A stretch of 64,000 bases of DNA from an uncultured Candidatus Rokubacteria bacterium (GTDB lineage Bacteria; Methylomirabilota; Methylomirabilia; Rokubacteriales; DASRDR01): NCBI GenBank assembly GCA_963805625.1, contig CAWDVE010000010.1, positions 640,001 to 704,000 on the forward strand. Reading direction: 5' to 3'. Within the stretch, counting starts at the first letter, position 1; every line of letters begins with the position of its first letter. Made by a program: the position numbers and the translations under genes. Positions 21,151 to 30,115 of this stretch are shown one piece after another. The notes under the pieces were generated by a model, which ran no database searches, was not told the origin of the DNA, and saw nothing but the letters and a program-made list of their open reading frames with translations.

Positions 21151-21831
21151 CTACGACCGTCCGGACTCCCCGGCCCCTTGGGCTATCCGTCCGGCGCTCG
21201 TGAGGATTCCTCGCCGAGGGGTGAGCTTGGCCGGCCGCGGCCCGTGACGGCGAGCGCCCACCAACGGAACGTAGTCCAGCTCGCGGCCGTCGGCCACGCT
21301 CCGGAGCAGCAATCCACCCCGGCTCATGTCGCCCCGACCGACGAACTCAGCCGGGAAGACGAGCCGCTCCCCGAAAACCTCTACCAGCGGCTCGATGTAC
21401 TTACCGCTTGCCACGCTTCCGAGGAGCACGACCTGCCACCCGGCGGCGCCAGCGAGGGCAGCGGCAAGGGCGCGCGCGTCCCGCACGAGCGGCCGCCGGT
21501 ACCGCGGGTCAGCGGGATCGATGTCGACCCGGCCGTACCGGCGGAGCAGCGGCGCGCCGACCTGGATCCCAGGGGACCGCAACCCCTGGCAAGGCGTGAT
21601 CACCAGCGTGCCGTCCAGGCCCGACGGCGGACGCGCGAAGGACAGCGCGTAGGCGAGCTTGCCGCGAAAGTAGAGGCCGCTCATGAAGCTGAAGACCTCC
21701 CCCAGGGGGGCCCCCTTCGGGCTCCGGAGCCGGCAAGCCAGGTCAAAGCGAGCCTGCTCGCGGAGCACCAGCCTCGCCCGCTGGCCGCCGCAATGCGCCG
21801 GCGAGAGAAGGAAGACGCGCGGTTCAATCAC
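21151..21831 (-). CDS. Conserved hypothetical protein
   Basis: Globular-looking 226 aa (VFLLSPAHCGG, SGLYFRGKLAYA, VVLLGSVASGKY, GRGDMSRGGLLLR). Confidence 0.7.
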   Translation of the reverse strand: MIEPRVFLLSPAHCGGQRARLVLREQARFDLACRLRSPKGAPLGEVFSFMSGLYFRGKLAYALSFARPPSGLDGTLVITPCQGLRSPGIQVGAPLLRRYGRVDIDPADPRYRRPLVRDARALAAALAGAAGWQVVLLGSVASGKYIEPLVEVFGERLVFPAEFVGRGDMSRGGLLLRSVADGRELDYVPLVGARRHGPRPAKLTPRRGILTSAGRIAQGAGESGRS

Positions 21832-21932
21832 ACTCGTCAGTGTAGAGGGCGCGCGCCGGGCGCACTAGACCTTGCCCACGTCGCGCACCGATGTCGGCGC
21901 GATGGCTCGAGTCTCGGGCCAGGGACCTTCGT

Positions 21933-23009
21933 TCAGGGTCGCCCGGCGAGCTGCCAGCCGCCGTAAAGGGGATGGGCGGCGTCCAACGGCAGCCTGACCG
22001 GCGCCTCCGTCCGCGCGGAATGGTAGATCGCCGTGATCAACTCGATCGAGGCGCGCGCATCGTCGAGCGTGACCGGGAGCTCGGCCCCGGACCGAAGCGC
22101 CCGGTGGTACCGGGCGAACTGGCCGGCATACCCCTCGAGCCCGGGCTCGAAGGCGGCCAGCGCCTCCTGGATGCGGTCGTCGATCTCCGGGGTGTCACCT
22201 CTGAAGGTCCAGGGGTCGTGCGAGCTCCGGTAGGGCTCCGTGTTGCTCTCGGCGGACAGATTCGCCAAGCAGAATCGATGCCGGCTGATTTCGTGGGCCG
22301 AGCCGGTCGTGGCCGCGAGCGTGCAGAGCGACCCGTCGGCCATCTCGATCGAGACCGCGACGCAGTCCTCCGTCTCGATCGGATTCACTAGGGTGGTGAG
22401 ATGCGCTGACAGGCTCCTCGCGGGCCCCAGCACATAGTAGACGAGGTCGTGGGCGTGAATGGCGAGGTTGACCAGGGGGCCGCCGAGCTCCGTCGCCCAG
22501 CGCGACCGCCAGGGCACCGCGTAGTAGGCCGGCCGCCGTCGCCACGCCGTCTCCACCGTAGTCAGGTACGCACGGCCCGCGATCCCCCGCTCGACGAGAA
22601 GCTTGAGCTTCTGGATCCCGTGGCCGAAGCGGTACTGGAAGATCGGCATCACGCGCCGGCTCGACCGCTTCTCGGCGGCTGCCACCCGGTCGGCGTCCTC
22701 CAGCGAGCCGCAGAGCGGCTTCTCGCAGATCACGTGCTTCCCGGCTTCCAGGGCCTGGAGGGTCTGCCGCACGTGGAGGTACGGCGGCGTGCAGAGGTCG
22801 ACGACGTCCAGATCGTCCTGCTGGCAGAGCGCCGTGACGTCGGTCAGCACCCGTCCGATCCCGTAGGCGGCCGCGACCTCCCGAGCCTTCGCCTCGTCGA
22901 CGTCACAGATCGCCGTCACCTCGAACACATCCGGCAGGCTCCGGTAGGCGTCGAGGTGCTGGCGGCCGATCCCGCAGCCGACGACGGCGACCTTTAGCGC
23001 CGCGCCCAT
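21933..23009 (-). CDS. Gfo/Idh/MocA oxidoreductase
   Basis: VAVVGCGIG, HVICEKP, GGPLVNLAIH. Confidence 0.92.
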   Translation of the reverse strand: MGAALKVAVVGCGIGRQHLDAYRSLPDVFEVTAICDVDEAKAREVAAAYGIGRVLTDVTALCQQDDLDVVDLCTPPYLHVRQTLQALEAGKHVICEKPLCGSLEDADRVAAAEKRSSRRVMPIFQYRFGHGIQKLKLLVERGIAGRAYLTTVETAWRRRPAYYAVPWRSRWATELGGPLVNLAIHAHDLVYYVLGPARSLSAHLTTLVNPIETEDCVAVSIEMADGSLCTLAATTGSAHEISRHRFCLANLSAESNTEPYRSSHDPWTFRGDTPEIDDRIQEALAAFEPGLEGYAGQFARYHRALRSGAELPVTLDDARASIELITAIYHSARTEAPVRLPLDAAHPLYGGWQLAGRP

Positions 23010-23012
23010 CGC

Positions 23013-24113
23013 TCAGCCGCGCCGAGGGGTGCGGCGGCGGGGCGACGGCTGCCCGGGCGTACGATCACCGCGTGCGTCCAGCCTCACGGCCTTCGCTTGG
23101 GCCTCCAGCGCGAGCCGACAGGCGAGGAAGCAGTGGGCCTGGGGCATCGCCGTCTCCGTCCGGTCCACGATGTCGGCGAGGAGCTGCCGACCATACGGCA
23201 GGTCGCCGGCGCTCGCGTCCACATGGCGGGCAGCCTTCCCGTCGACCAGGAACAGATGGTTGGCGCCAGACCGCCCGGCGATGTCCACGTACTTCCGCAG
23301 CTCGATGAAGCCTTCGGTGCCCAGCACGACGAGGCGGCCGTCGCCCCACGAGCCGAGACCATCCGGCGTGTACCAGTCGACCCGCGCGTAGCCGCTTCCT
23401 CCGTTGCCTCGGAGGAGGACGTCCCCGAAGTCCTCGAGCTCCGGCCACTGGGGGAAGTTCCAGTTGGCCACCTGGGCGGCCACCACCTCCGCCTCGGTCG
23501 AGCCCGTCATGAACAGGAACTGGTCCATCTGGTGCGATGCGATGTCCGCGAGGATGCCGCCGGTCTGCGCGCGCTTGAAGAACCACGCGGGGCGCGTGGG
23601 CGCGTTGATCCGGTGGGGACCGAGTCCCACCGTCTGAACGACCTTCCCGATGGCCCCCGCCTTGACGAGCTCGCCCGCTCGCACCGTGGCCGCGTTCTCG
23701 AACCGCTCGCTGAAGCAGACGGAGTAGATCCGTCCGGTCTCGGCCTGGACGCGGCGGGCCTCGGCCAGCTGGTCCAGCGCCGTGAACGCGGGCTTGTCGC
23801 TCATGTAGTCCTTTCCGTGGCGCATCACCTCGACACCCAGCGGACCCCGCTCGCGCGGGACGGCCGCGCTCACCACGAGCTGGAGGCTCCCATCCTCCAG
23901 GATCTCCCGCCGGCTCCGGACCTGCCGCGCCTGCGGGTACCGGTGACCGTACTCGGCAGCCAGGGGGGCCTCCTCCGCGAAGAACGACACAAGGTTCGCC
24001 CCTGCCCGGAGGAGGAGATCCGTCTGGGCGTAGATGTGGTTGTGATTCACCCCGATGACCGCGAACCGCACGGGCGGTGGCATGGTGTCCCTCGTGGGTT
24101 CGTTCCCGGTCAC
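23013..24113 (-). CDS. Gfo/Idh/MocA oxidoreductase
   Basis: FAVIGVNHNH, YMSDKP, GGILADIASHQMD. Confidence 0.9.
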   Translation of the reverse strand: MTGNEPTRDTMPPPVRFAVIGVNHNHIYAQTDLLLRAGANLVSFFAEEAPLAAEYGHRYPQARQVRSRREILEDGSLQLVVSAAVPRERGPLGVEVMRHGKDYMSDKPAFTALDQLAEARRVQAETGRIYSVCFSERFENAATVRAGELVKAGAIGKVVQTVGLGPHRINAPTRPAWFFKRAQTGGILADIASHQMDQFLFMTGSTEAEVVAAQVANWNFPQWPELEDFGDVLLRGNGGSGYARVDWYTPDGLGSWGDGRLVVLGTEGFIELRKYVDIAGRSGANHLFLVDGKAARHVDASAGDLPYGRQLLADIVDRTETAMPQAHCFLACRLALEAQAKAVRLDARGDRTPGQPSPRRRTPRRG

Positions 24114-24129
24114 CCGGCGAGAGGCCGGG

Positions 24130-25020
24130 CTAGCCCTTCATCCCGGTGGTGCTGATGCCCTGGACCAGGTACCGCTGGAACACGACGAACACTACGAGCA
24201 CCGGCACCAGCGACAGGGCGGACATCGCAAAGATCGCGCCCCAGTCGGTCGCTCCCGACGCGTCGGCGAACGATCTCAGCGCCACCGAGATAGTGTAGAG
24301 CTTCGGCTCGTTGAGATACACAAGCGGCGTGAGGAAGTCCTCCCACGTCCAGTAGAACGAGAAGATCGCCGCCGTGATCAGCGCGGGCCTGATGAGCGGC
24401 AGGATGATCCGGAAGAAAATCCCGAAGTGGCTGCAACCATCGATCTCCGCCGCCTCGTCCAGCTCCTTGGGAATGCCTCGGATGAACTGCATGATCATGA
24501 ATATGAAGAAGGCCATCCCGAAGAATCGCGGCAGGAGGAGGGGGTAGAATGTGTTCACCAGATTGAGCTTCGTGAAGAAGACGTACTGCGGGATGATGAT
24601 GACCTGCACCGGCAGCATCAGCGTCAGCAGCATGCAGGCGAACCAGAACCCCCGACCGGCGAATCGGATGCGCGCGAACCCGTAGGCCACCACCGCGGAC
24701 GACACGACCGCGGCCACCGTCCCCACGCCCGCGTAGATCAGCGAGTTCTTGTAGAAGGTCGCGAAGGTGATCCCACCGAAGCCCGCCCAGCCGCTGACGT
24801 AGTTCTGCGGAGTGAAGTGTCGCGGAACCAGCGACATCACCTCGGCCCAGATCTCCGACGGTCCCTTGAACGAGCTGGCAAAGAGCCACAGGATCGGGTA
24901 GAGCATCACGAAGCCGAACGTCCCGACCGCCGCATGGTAGATGACGGTCCGGACCAGCTCGCGGCGCCGACGGATCGAGGTCACCGGCAACGGGCTCACC
25001 TGGCGCAACTCCGTGGTCAC
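24130..25020 (-). CDS. Carbohydrate ABC permease (MalG-type)
   Basis: IPKELDEAAEIDGC EAA motif; GTG overlaps the upstream stop. Confidence 0.9.
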   Translation of the reverse strand: MTTELRQVSPLPVTSIRRRRELVRTVIYHAAVGTFGFVMLYPILWLFASSFKGPSEIWAEVMSLVPRHFTPQNYVSGWAGFGGITFATFYKNSLIYAGVGTVAAVVSSAVVAYGFARIRFAGRGFWFACMLLTLMLPVQVIIIPQYVFFTKLNLVNTFYPLLLPRFFGMAFFIFMIMQFIRGIPKELDEAAEIDGCSHFGIFFRIILPLIRPALITAAIFSFYWTWEDFLTPLVYLNEPKLYTISVALRSFADASGATDWGAIFAMSALSLVPVLVVFVVFQRYLVQGISTTGMKG

Positions 25021-25988
25021 CGGCCCTCCTTCGCCTCGTAGAAGACCCAGCGTCCGGAGGTCTTGAAGAGAACCGCCGTGCAGAGGGCCACCGCGACGAG
25101 AAGCACCCAGGCCATGGCTGAGGCATAGCCCATCTGGAAGCTCTCGAACGCCCGCCGGTACAGGTAGAGCGCGTAGAAGAGTGTGGTGTCCATCGGCCCC
25201 CCGCCCGTCACGATGAACGCCTGGGTGAAGACCATGAACCCGGTGATGGTCTGCATCACCAGGTTGAAGAACGTGACGGGCGAGAGGAGCGGCAGGGTGA
25301 TCCGGAAGAATCGGGCCCATGCCCCGGCACCGTCGATCGCCGCCGCCTCGTGGAGCTCCGCGGGGATCTGCCGGAGCCCGGCCAGGAAGATCAGCATCGG
25401 CGAGCCGAACTGCCAGACGGCGAGGGTGATCAGGGTCCAGATGGCGAAGTCAGGACTGCCGAGCCAGCTCACGCGAGGGACGCCGAGAAGCGCGAGGACG
25501 GCGTTGACCACCCCCTGGGTCCCGAACACTTGCCGCCACATGAGGGCCACCGCCACGCTGCCGGCCACGATCGACGGGGCGTAGTAGGCGGCCCGGTACA
25601 CGCTCATTCCCCGGCGCTGGGTGTTCAGTAGCATCGCGAGCCCGAGCGCGAACGCGAGCCGGAGGGGAACGGCGACGGCCACGTAGAAGAGGGTCACCGT
25701 CACCGACTGGAGGTAGCGCCGGTCCTGCAGAAACATCCGCTGGAAGTTCTCGAGCCCCACCCAGCGAGGCGCCGTGAGGATGTCGTAGTCCGTGAAGGCG
25801 AGATACAGCGAGGCGCCCATGGGGAGCAGGGTCAGACCGAGGAATCCGAGCAGCCATGGGGCGATGAACGCATACCCGGCGATGTTGCGCGCGCGGGCTC
25901 GGGCGCGGCGTTCCGCGACACGCCCGGCCCGGACATCGACGCGAATGAGATCCTCACCCGGGAGCGAGGACACGCGCGCGCGGCTCAT
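25017..25988 (-). CDS. Carbohydrate ABC permease (MalF-type)
   Basis: WVGLENF, IPAELHEAAAIDGAG, MGYASAMAW. Confidence 0.92.
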   Translation of the reverse strand: MSRARVSSLPGEDLIRVDVRAGRVAERRARARARNIAGYAFIAPWLLGFLGLTLLPMGASLYLAFTDYDILTAPRWVGLENFQRMFLQDRRYLQSVTVTLFYVAVAVPLRLAFALGLAMLLNTQRRGMSVYRAAYYAPSIVAGSVAVALMWRQVFGTQGVVNAVLALLGVPRVSWLGSPDFAIWTLITLAVWQFGSPMLIFLAGLRQIPAELHEAAAIDGAGAWARFFRITLPLLSPVTFFNLVMQTITGFMVFTQAFIVTGGGPMDTTLFYALYLYRRAFESFQMGYASAMAWVLLVAVALCTAVLFKTSGRWVFYEAKEGR

Positions 25989-26075
25989 CGCCGGCCACCG
26001 AGCGCGCGCATCGGCCCGGCGATCCTTACCTCGCTCGCCGCGCCCGGATCCCTGCCCGACACGCTTCCCGCCCGG

Positions 26076-27404
26076 CTAGCGCTTCGCCTTGGCGAGGATC
26101 GCGTTCGCCTCTTGCCGCAGGAGGGCGGCGGCTTTCTCCGGATCGAGCCGCCCGTACGCCACCGGGTCGATCACTTGCGGATTGAAGACGTTCTTGACGA
26201 TCTCGGTGTGCCCCGGCGGGTCAGGCGGCGGGATGGGCTGGACGTCCTTGCTCAGCCGCTCGAGGTACGCGAACATCTCGGCCTGAGAGCGCCCGAGCTT
26301 CGGCTTGAGCGCCTGCTGCACCTTGCTCGAGATCGGCACCCCTCGTTCCGCCAGCAGCACCTCGTTCGCCTCGATTGAGTTCGTGACGAAATCGATGAAC
26401 ATCGCCGCTTCCTTGGGCTGCTTGGCTTGGGTGGTGACGCTGAAGAACTGGGACGGCTTCAGGAAGTTGGCCGACTTCCCGCCCACGACGCGCGGCAGCG
26501 GCGCGAGCACGAAATTGCGCTCGTCGCCGCCCGCCGCCTTCCAGACGGCCACGATCTGATTGCTCCAGAAGTAGGCCATGGCCGCCTTTCGGCTGACGAT
26601 TGGAGCGAGCTCCACGCTCGTTTCCTGGTTGAAGCTAGCCAGTTCATCGGCCCGCGGCGTCAGAGCATTGGCCTTCTGGAGCCGCAGCAGCATGTTGAAA
26701 TGCTCCACCAGCGGCTTGTCGCTCTCGTAGCCGATCCGGCTTCCGTCGACGGAGTAGCGCCACTGCCCCGCCGAGAGGTAGAGCGCTCCCCAGATCTGGT
26801 TGTCCCATGTCTGCGAGCCCATGCCCCAGATGCCGAGCTTCCCCTGCAAGGCCAGGGCAGTCTTCTCGAAATCGGCCCACGTCCAGTTCGGCGGAGGCAG
26901 CTCCACGCCCGCCTTCTTGAAAGCGTCCACGTCGAGCACCCAGCACTGGGAGTTGGACCCGAGGTTGACCGCGACCAGCTTGCCGTTGACCACGCCGCCC
27001 TTGATCGCCGCGTCGGCCACGTCCCGCGTGTCGATGACCCCGGCCTTGACGTAGTCGTCGAGTGACGCCAGGAGGCCTCGGGACGACCACTCGGCGATGT
27101 AGGCGTAGTCCTGCTGCATCACGTCCGGCAGGTTGCGTCCCGCTGCCTGGGTGGTCATCTTGGTCCAGTAGTCGCTCCAGCCGGCGAACTCGTAGGTGAC
27201 CTTGATGTTCGGGTACTTCTTCTGGAAGAGCTCGATCGCCTTGATCGTCCGGTTGTGCCGGTCCTGCGAGCCCCACCACGCCACCCGCAGCTCGACGGGC
27301 GCGCCACCCGACTGGGCGGCGGCAGGGGTGTGGGCCGCTCCAGCCATCCAGAGGCCGACGATCACGGTCATCCACGCGACTGTCCGGCCGACGTGCCCAC
27401 GCAT
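26076..27404 (-). CDS. Sugar ABC substrate-binding protein (YesO-like)
   Basis: Signal peptide, LRVAWWGSQDRH, YWTKMTTQAAG, LKPSQFFSV. Confidence 0.88.
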   Translation of the reverse strand: MRGHVGRTVAWMTVIVGLWMAGAAHTPAAAQSGGAPVELRVAWWGSQDRHNRTIKAIELFQKKYPNIKVTYEFAGWSDYWTKMTTQAAGRNLPDVMQQDYAYIAEWSSRGLLASLDDYVKAGVIDTRDVADAAIKGGVVNGKLVAVNLGSNSQCWVLDVDAFKKAGVELPPPNWTWADFEKTALALQGKLGIWGMGSQTWDNQIWGALYLSAGQWRYSVDGSRIGYESDKPLVEHFNMLLRLQKANALTPRADELASFNQETSVELAPIVSRKAAMAYFWSNQIVAVWKAAGGDERNFVLAPLPRVVGGKSANFLKPSQFFSVTTQAKQPKEAAMFIDFVTNSIEANEVLLAERGVPISSKVQQALKPKLGRSQAEMFAYLERLSKDVQPIPPPDPPGHTEIVKNVFNPQVIDPVAYGRLDPEKAAALLRQEANAILAKAKR

Positions 27405-27511
27405 GGCGATGGCCTCGCTTTCTATGGCGCTCGAAAAGAGGTTGGCGGGGTCCGGGCTCACGTCCCTACTCGGTCACCTCGGGCCACGCCTGTCAAGGGG
27501 GATCCCGACCA

Positions 27512-28840
27512 TCATCGCGGGACGGCATGCGCCCCGCCCGGCAGGCGGAACAGATCGTCCACGTGCACCAGCCGCTCGGTGCGGATCGACTCGTTGGCGG
27601 CGAAACCCACGAGTAGGGACGCCGCCCCGTCGACGTGGGAAGCCGCCCGGTCGTAGGGGTCCGGCGGCGGCGATGGCGAGAAGAGCTGCTCCAGCATGAC
27701 CGGGTCCGCTCCGCCGTGGCCCCCCTCCCCGGAGGGAACCTCTACCTCGTACGCCGCGCCGAACAGGGGCTGCACTGTGATGCGCGCCGCCCTGAACGCC
27801 CCCTTGCTGGCCTTGGCTCGCTCGGCGCCCTGCATCAGGTGGGTGACGTTTTCGACGATGTCCATCTCGAGCCGCCCCCGGTCGCCCGTGATGGCCACAC
27901 GCAGGCCCTCCCAGGGGGCGTAGGCAACCAGGCAGTAGGAGAGCAGCGCCCCGTTCCGGTAGCGCGCCGTCACCGTCATGGTGTCGTCGATCGTGATGGG
28001 TTCCCCGAACACGTTCCGGTCGCGGATGTAGCCGCTCTCCGCCTCGGCCTCCAGGTACAGTCCGCGGAGCGCCGCGCTCCGGTCCAGGAACAGCGCGAAC
28101 GGATCGCTCCGCGCCGCCTCGCTGCCGGTGTAGCGCGTGTACGGGTACGACTCGCCGCGCGCCTCGGCATTCGCCCGCCCGTAGAAGCCCAGGGCCGCGA
28201 GCGCGAACACGTCCCGCGGATACGAGTCGATCCACCAGTTGACGAGGTCGAAGTGGTGGGTCGCCTTGTGCACCAGGAGCCCGCCGGAATTCTCCCGCTC
28301 GCGGTGCCACCGCCGGAAGTAGTCCGCGCCGTGCCGGGTGTCGAGAAGCCAGGAGAAGTCGACGCACAGCGGCCGGCCCACCACCCCGTCCATCATCAGG
28401 CGGCGGAAGACCGTGTAAGCCGGAGCATAGCGATAGTTGAAGGTGACGCGGAGCGATCGCCCGGTCCGCGCGATGGCGTCGAAAATCGCCCGCATCTTCT
28501 CGGCATCGGTCGTCATCGGCTTCTCGGTGATCACGTCGCAGCCGAGATCCATGGCCCGCGTGATGTACCGGTGGTGAGTCGCGTCCACCGTCGCGACGAT
28601 GACGGTGTCGGGTCGTGTCTCGGTGACCATCCGGTCGAACGCGTCGACCCGATACGTGGGGAGGGGCGCGCCGCCCGCCATCGCCGCCAGTCGCCGGTTG
28701 TGCCAGTCCATCCGCGTCTGGCTCAGGTCGCAGAGTCCCACCAACTCGGCCGTCTCCCGGTAGACCCCGGCGATCGCGTCGATGAACATGCCGGCCCGGG
28801 AGCCGGTTCCCACGATGGCATAGCGTCTCCGTCGGCTCAT
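27512..28840 (-). CDS. Gfo/Idh/MocA oxidoreductase (YteT-like)
   Basis: [32 protein letters not shown]. Confidence 0.9.
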   Translation of the reverse strand: MSRRRRYAIVGTGSRAGMFIDAIAGVYRETAELVGLCDLSQTRMDWHNRRLAAMAGGAPLPTYRVDAFDRMVTETRPDTVIVATVDATHHRYITRAMDLGCDVITEKPMTTDAEKMRAIFDAIARTGRSLRVTFNYRYAPAYTVFRRLMMDGVVGRPLCVDFSWLLDTRHGADYFRRWHRERENSGGLLVHKATHHFDLVNWWIDSYPRDVFALAALGFYGRANAEARGESYPYTRYTGSEAARSDPFALFLDRSAALRGLYLEAEAESGYIRDRNVFGEPITIDDTMTVTARYRNGALLSYCLVAYAPWEGLRVAITGDRGRLEMDIVENVTHLMQGAERAKASKGAFRAARITVQPLFGAAYEVEVPSGEGGHGGADPVMLEQLFSPSPPPDPYDRAASHVDGAASLLVGFAANESIRTERLVHVDDLFRLPGGAHAVPR

Positions 28841-28871
28841 CCGGCCCTGATGCCGATTTCGAGCCTGCCGG

Positions 28872-29057
28872 CTAGCGCTTGCCGCCTGCCCGTCCGGCAG
28901 GCTGCCACTGCGGGGGCACGATGAGAAGAGTGGCGTCAGCATCCACTGTCACGGCGATCGCAAAGACACCGTACGACGGCCGTGCATACACGGCGCTGAA
29001 CGCCTCGATCCGGGCGAGCCGAAGCTCTCTCTGTCGGAACCGGCTCAGGAGTCGCAT
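28872..29057 (-). pseudogene. Possible N-terminal remnant of an enolase-superfamily (mandelate racemase-like) enzyme
   Basis: GAAGGGAG RBS, then ...[36 protein letters not shown], then loses similarity. Confidence 0.35.
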
Positions 29058-29152
29058 GCCGCTCGCGCTCCCTTCACGAGCACCCTTGCTGCCTCTTCAG
29101 CATATACATGAGCATATTCAATCTGTTACACATACTCACCTGACATGGAACT

Positions 29153-29824
29153 TCAGACCGATTCGCCGTGCGGGACAAGCGGCTCCCAAATCACCACCCG
29201 GATGGGCGTGGGCTCGAGCCCCGCACAGGGATTGTTGACCTGAGGGCAGTTCGAGATCAGCGCGAGCGCGTCCATCTCGGCCCGAAGGTCGACGAAGTCG
29301 CCCGCCTTCGAGAGGCCGTCGACGAACACAGTGTCCGTCAACTTCCCGTCCGGGCCCACCGGCACGTTGGAGAAGAAGTTGAGGTTGGCCACGATGTCGC
29401 GCCGCCCCAGGCCGTATTGGCCGAGCAGCCGGAGGAAGGCTTCGCGGCAGCCGGGAACGTCCTTCACCCCGTACATCATGAAGTTGCTGGGAGCGCTACA
29501 GCAGCCGCCGATGGTGTCGTGCCGGCCACAGGTGTCCTCCACGATCGTGAACATGGGCCGCGCCACATCGGAGTACAGCACGTGCCCGGTGGTGAGCAGG
29601 ATGCTCCGGGCCTTCTTCATGGTGTTGGCTGCGTGATACCGCTCCTCGGGCTGGGTGGCGTGATAGCAGAGAAAGTCCACCCCCTGCTTGCCAGCCTGGT
29701 CCACGATCCGGAGGATCTGGCCTCGCCTCACGACATCAGCCCACCCCTCGCCCGGCGGAACCACGTCGTCGCGGACCACGTGTCCGGGAGGTGAGGAGGT
29801 CGTCACTCCTGATTCACCGATCAT
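29153..29824 (-). CDS. DUF1989 urea/guanidine carboxylase-associated protein
   Basis: RGQILRIVD, GKQGVDF, HDTIGGCCS, NFFSNVP, SNCPQVNNPC. Confidence 0.88.
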   Translation of the reverse strand: MIGESGVTTSSPPGHVVRDDVVPPGEGWADVVRRGQILRIVDQAGKQGVDFLCYHATQPEERYHAANTMKKARSILLTTGHVLYSDVARPMFTIVEDTCGRHDTIGGCCSAPSNFMMYGVKDVPGCREAFLRLLGQYGLGRRDIVANLNFFSNVPVGPDGKLTDTVFVDGLSKAGDFVDLRAEMDALALISNCPQVNNPCAGLEPTPIRVVIWEPLVPHGESV

Positions 29825-29926
29825 CAGGCTTCTCGCTCTCTGGCTGGCTAGAGGACATTCGCTCGGAATCTCGACACAGCCAGGACCTTAGCACGGGTTG
29901 GAGTCTTCGGACTCGCGGCCGAGCGC

Positions 29927-29955
29927 TTGACTGCTCCCGGCGCCGCCCGTACCGT
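29927..29955 (+). promoter_or_regulatory. Sigma70-type promoter of the cysteine synthase leader
   Basis: TTGACT (29927-32), 17-bp spacer, TACCGT (29950-55); predicted TSS at or near the A of ATG 29962. Confidence 0.65.
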
Positions 29956-29961
29956 GGGATC

Positions 29962-30033
29962 ATGAGATGCTCTCGGCCGGATCGCTGTCGGTGTCGAGCG
30001 CGTGGGCCCGTGGGGGCTCGGGGCGCCTGGTAG
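29962..30033 (+). CDS. Putative Cys-sensing leader peptide MRCSRPDRCRCRARGPVGARGAW
   Basis: 23-aa ORF with Cys codons at positions 3, 9 and 11, lying between the promoter and the terminator upstream of cysteine synthase. Confidence 0.7.
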   Translation: MRCSRPDRCRCRARGPVGARGAW

Positions 30034-30059
30034 AGACGCCGCCGCGGACCGCACCACTT

Positions 30060-30090
30060 GGCCCACCGCCGCCGGGCGGTGGGCCTTTTT
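30060..30090 (+). terminator. Intrinsic terminator (attenuator) upstream of cysteine synthase
   Basis: Perfect 11-bp stem GGCCCACCGCC-gccg-GGCGGTGGGCC followed by TTTTTGCTTT. Confidence 0.85.
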
Positions 30091-30115
30091 GCTTTCGGCA
30101 GATGGGGAGGCTCCA

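Noticed and set aside
29960-30110. SAM riboswitch or T-box upstream of cysM
   Set aside because: No SAM-I or T-box consensus seen; leader-peptide attenuation explains the structure better
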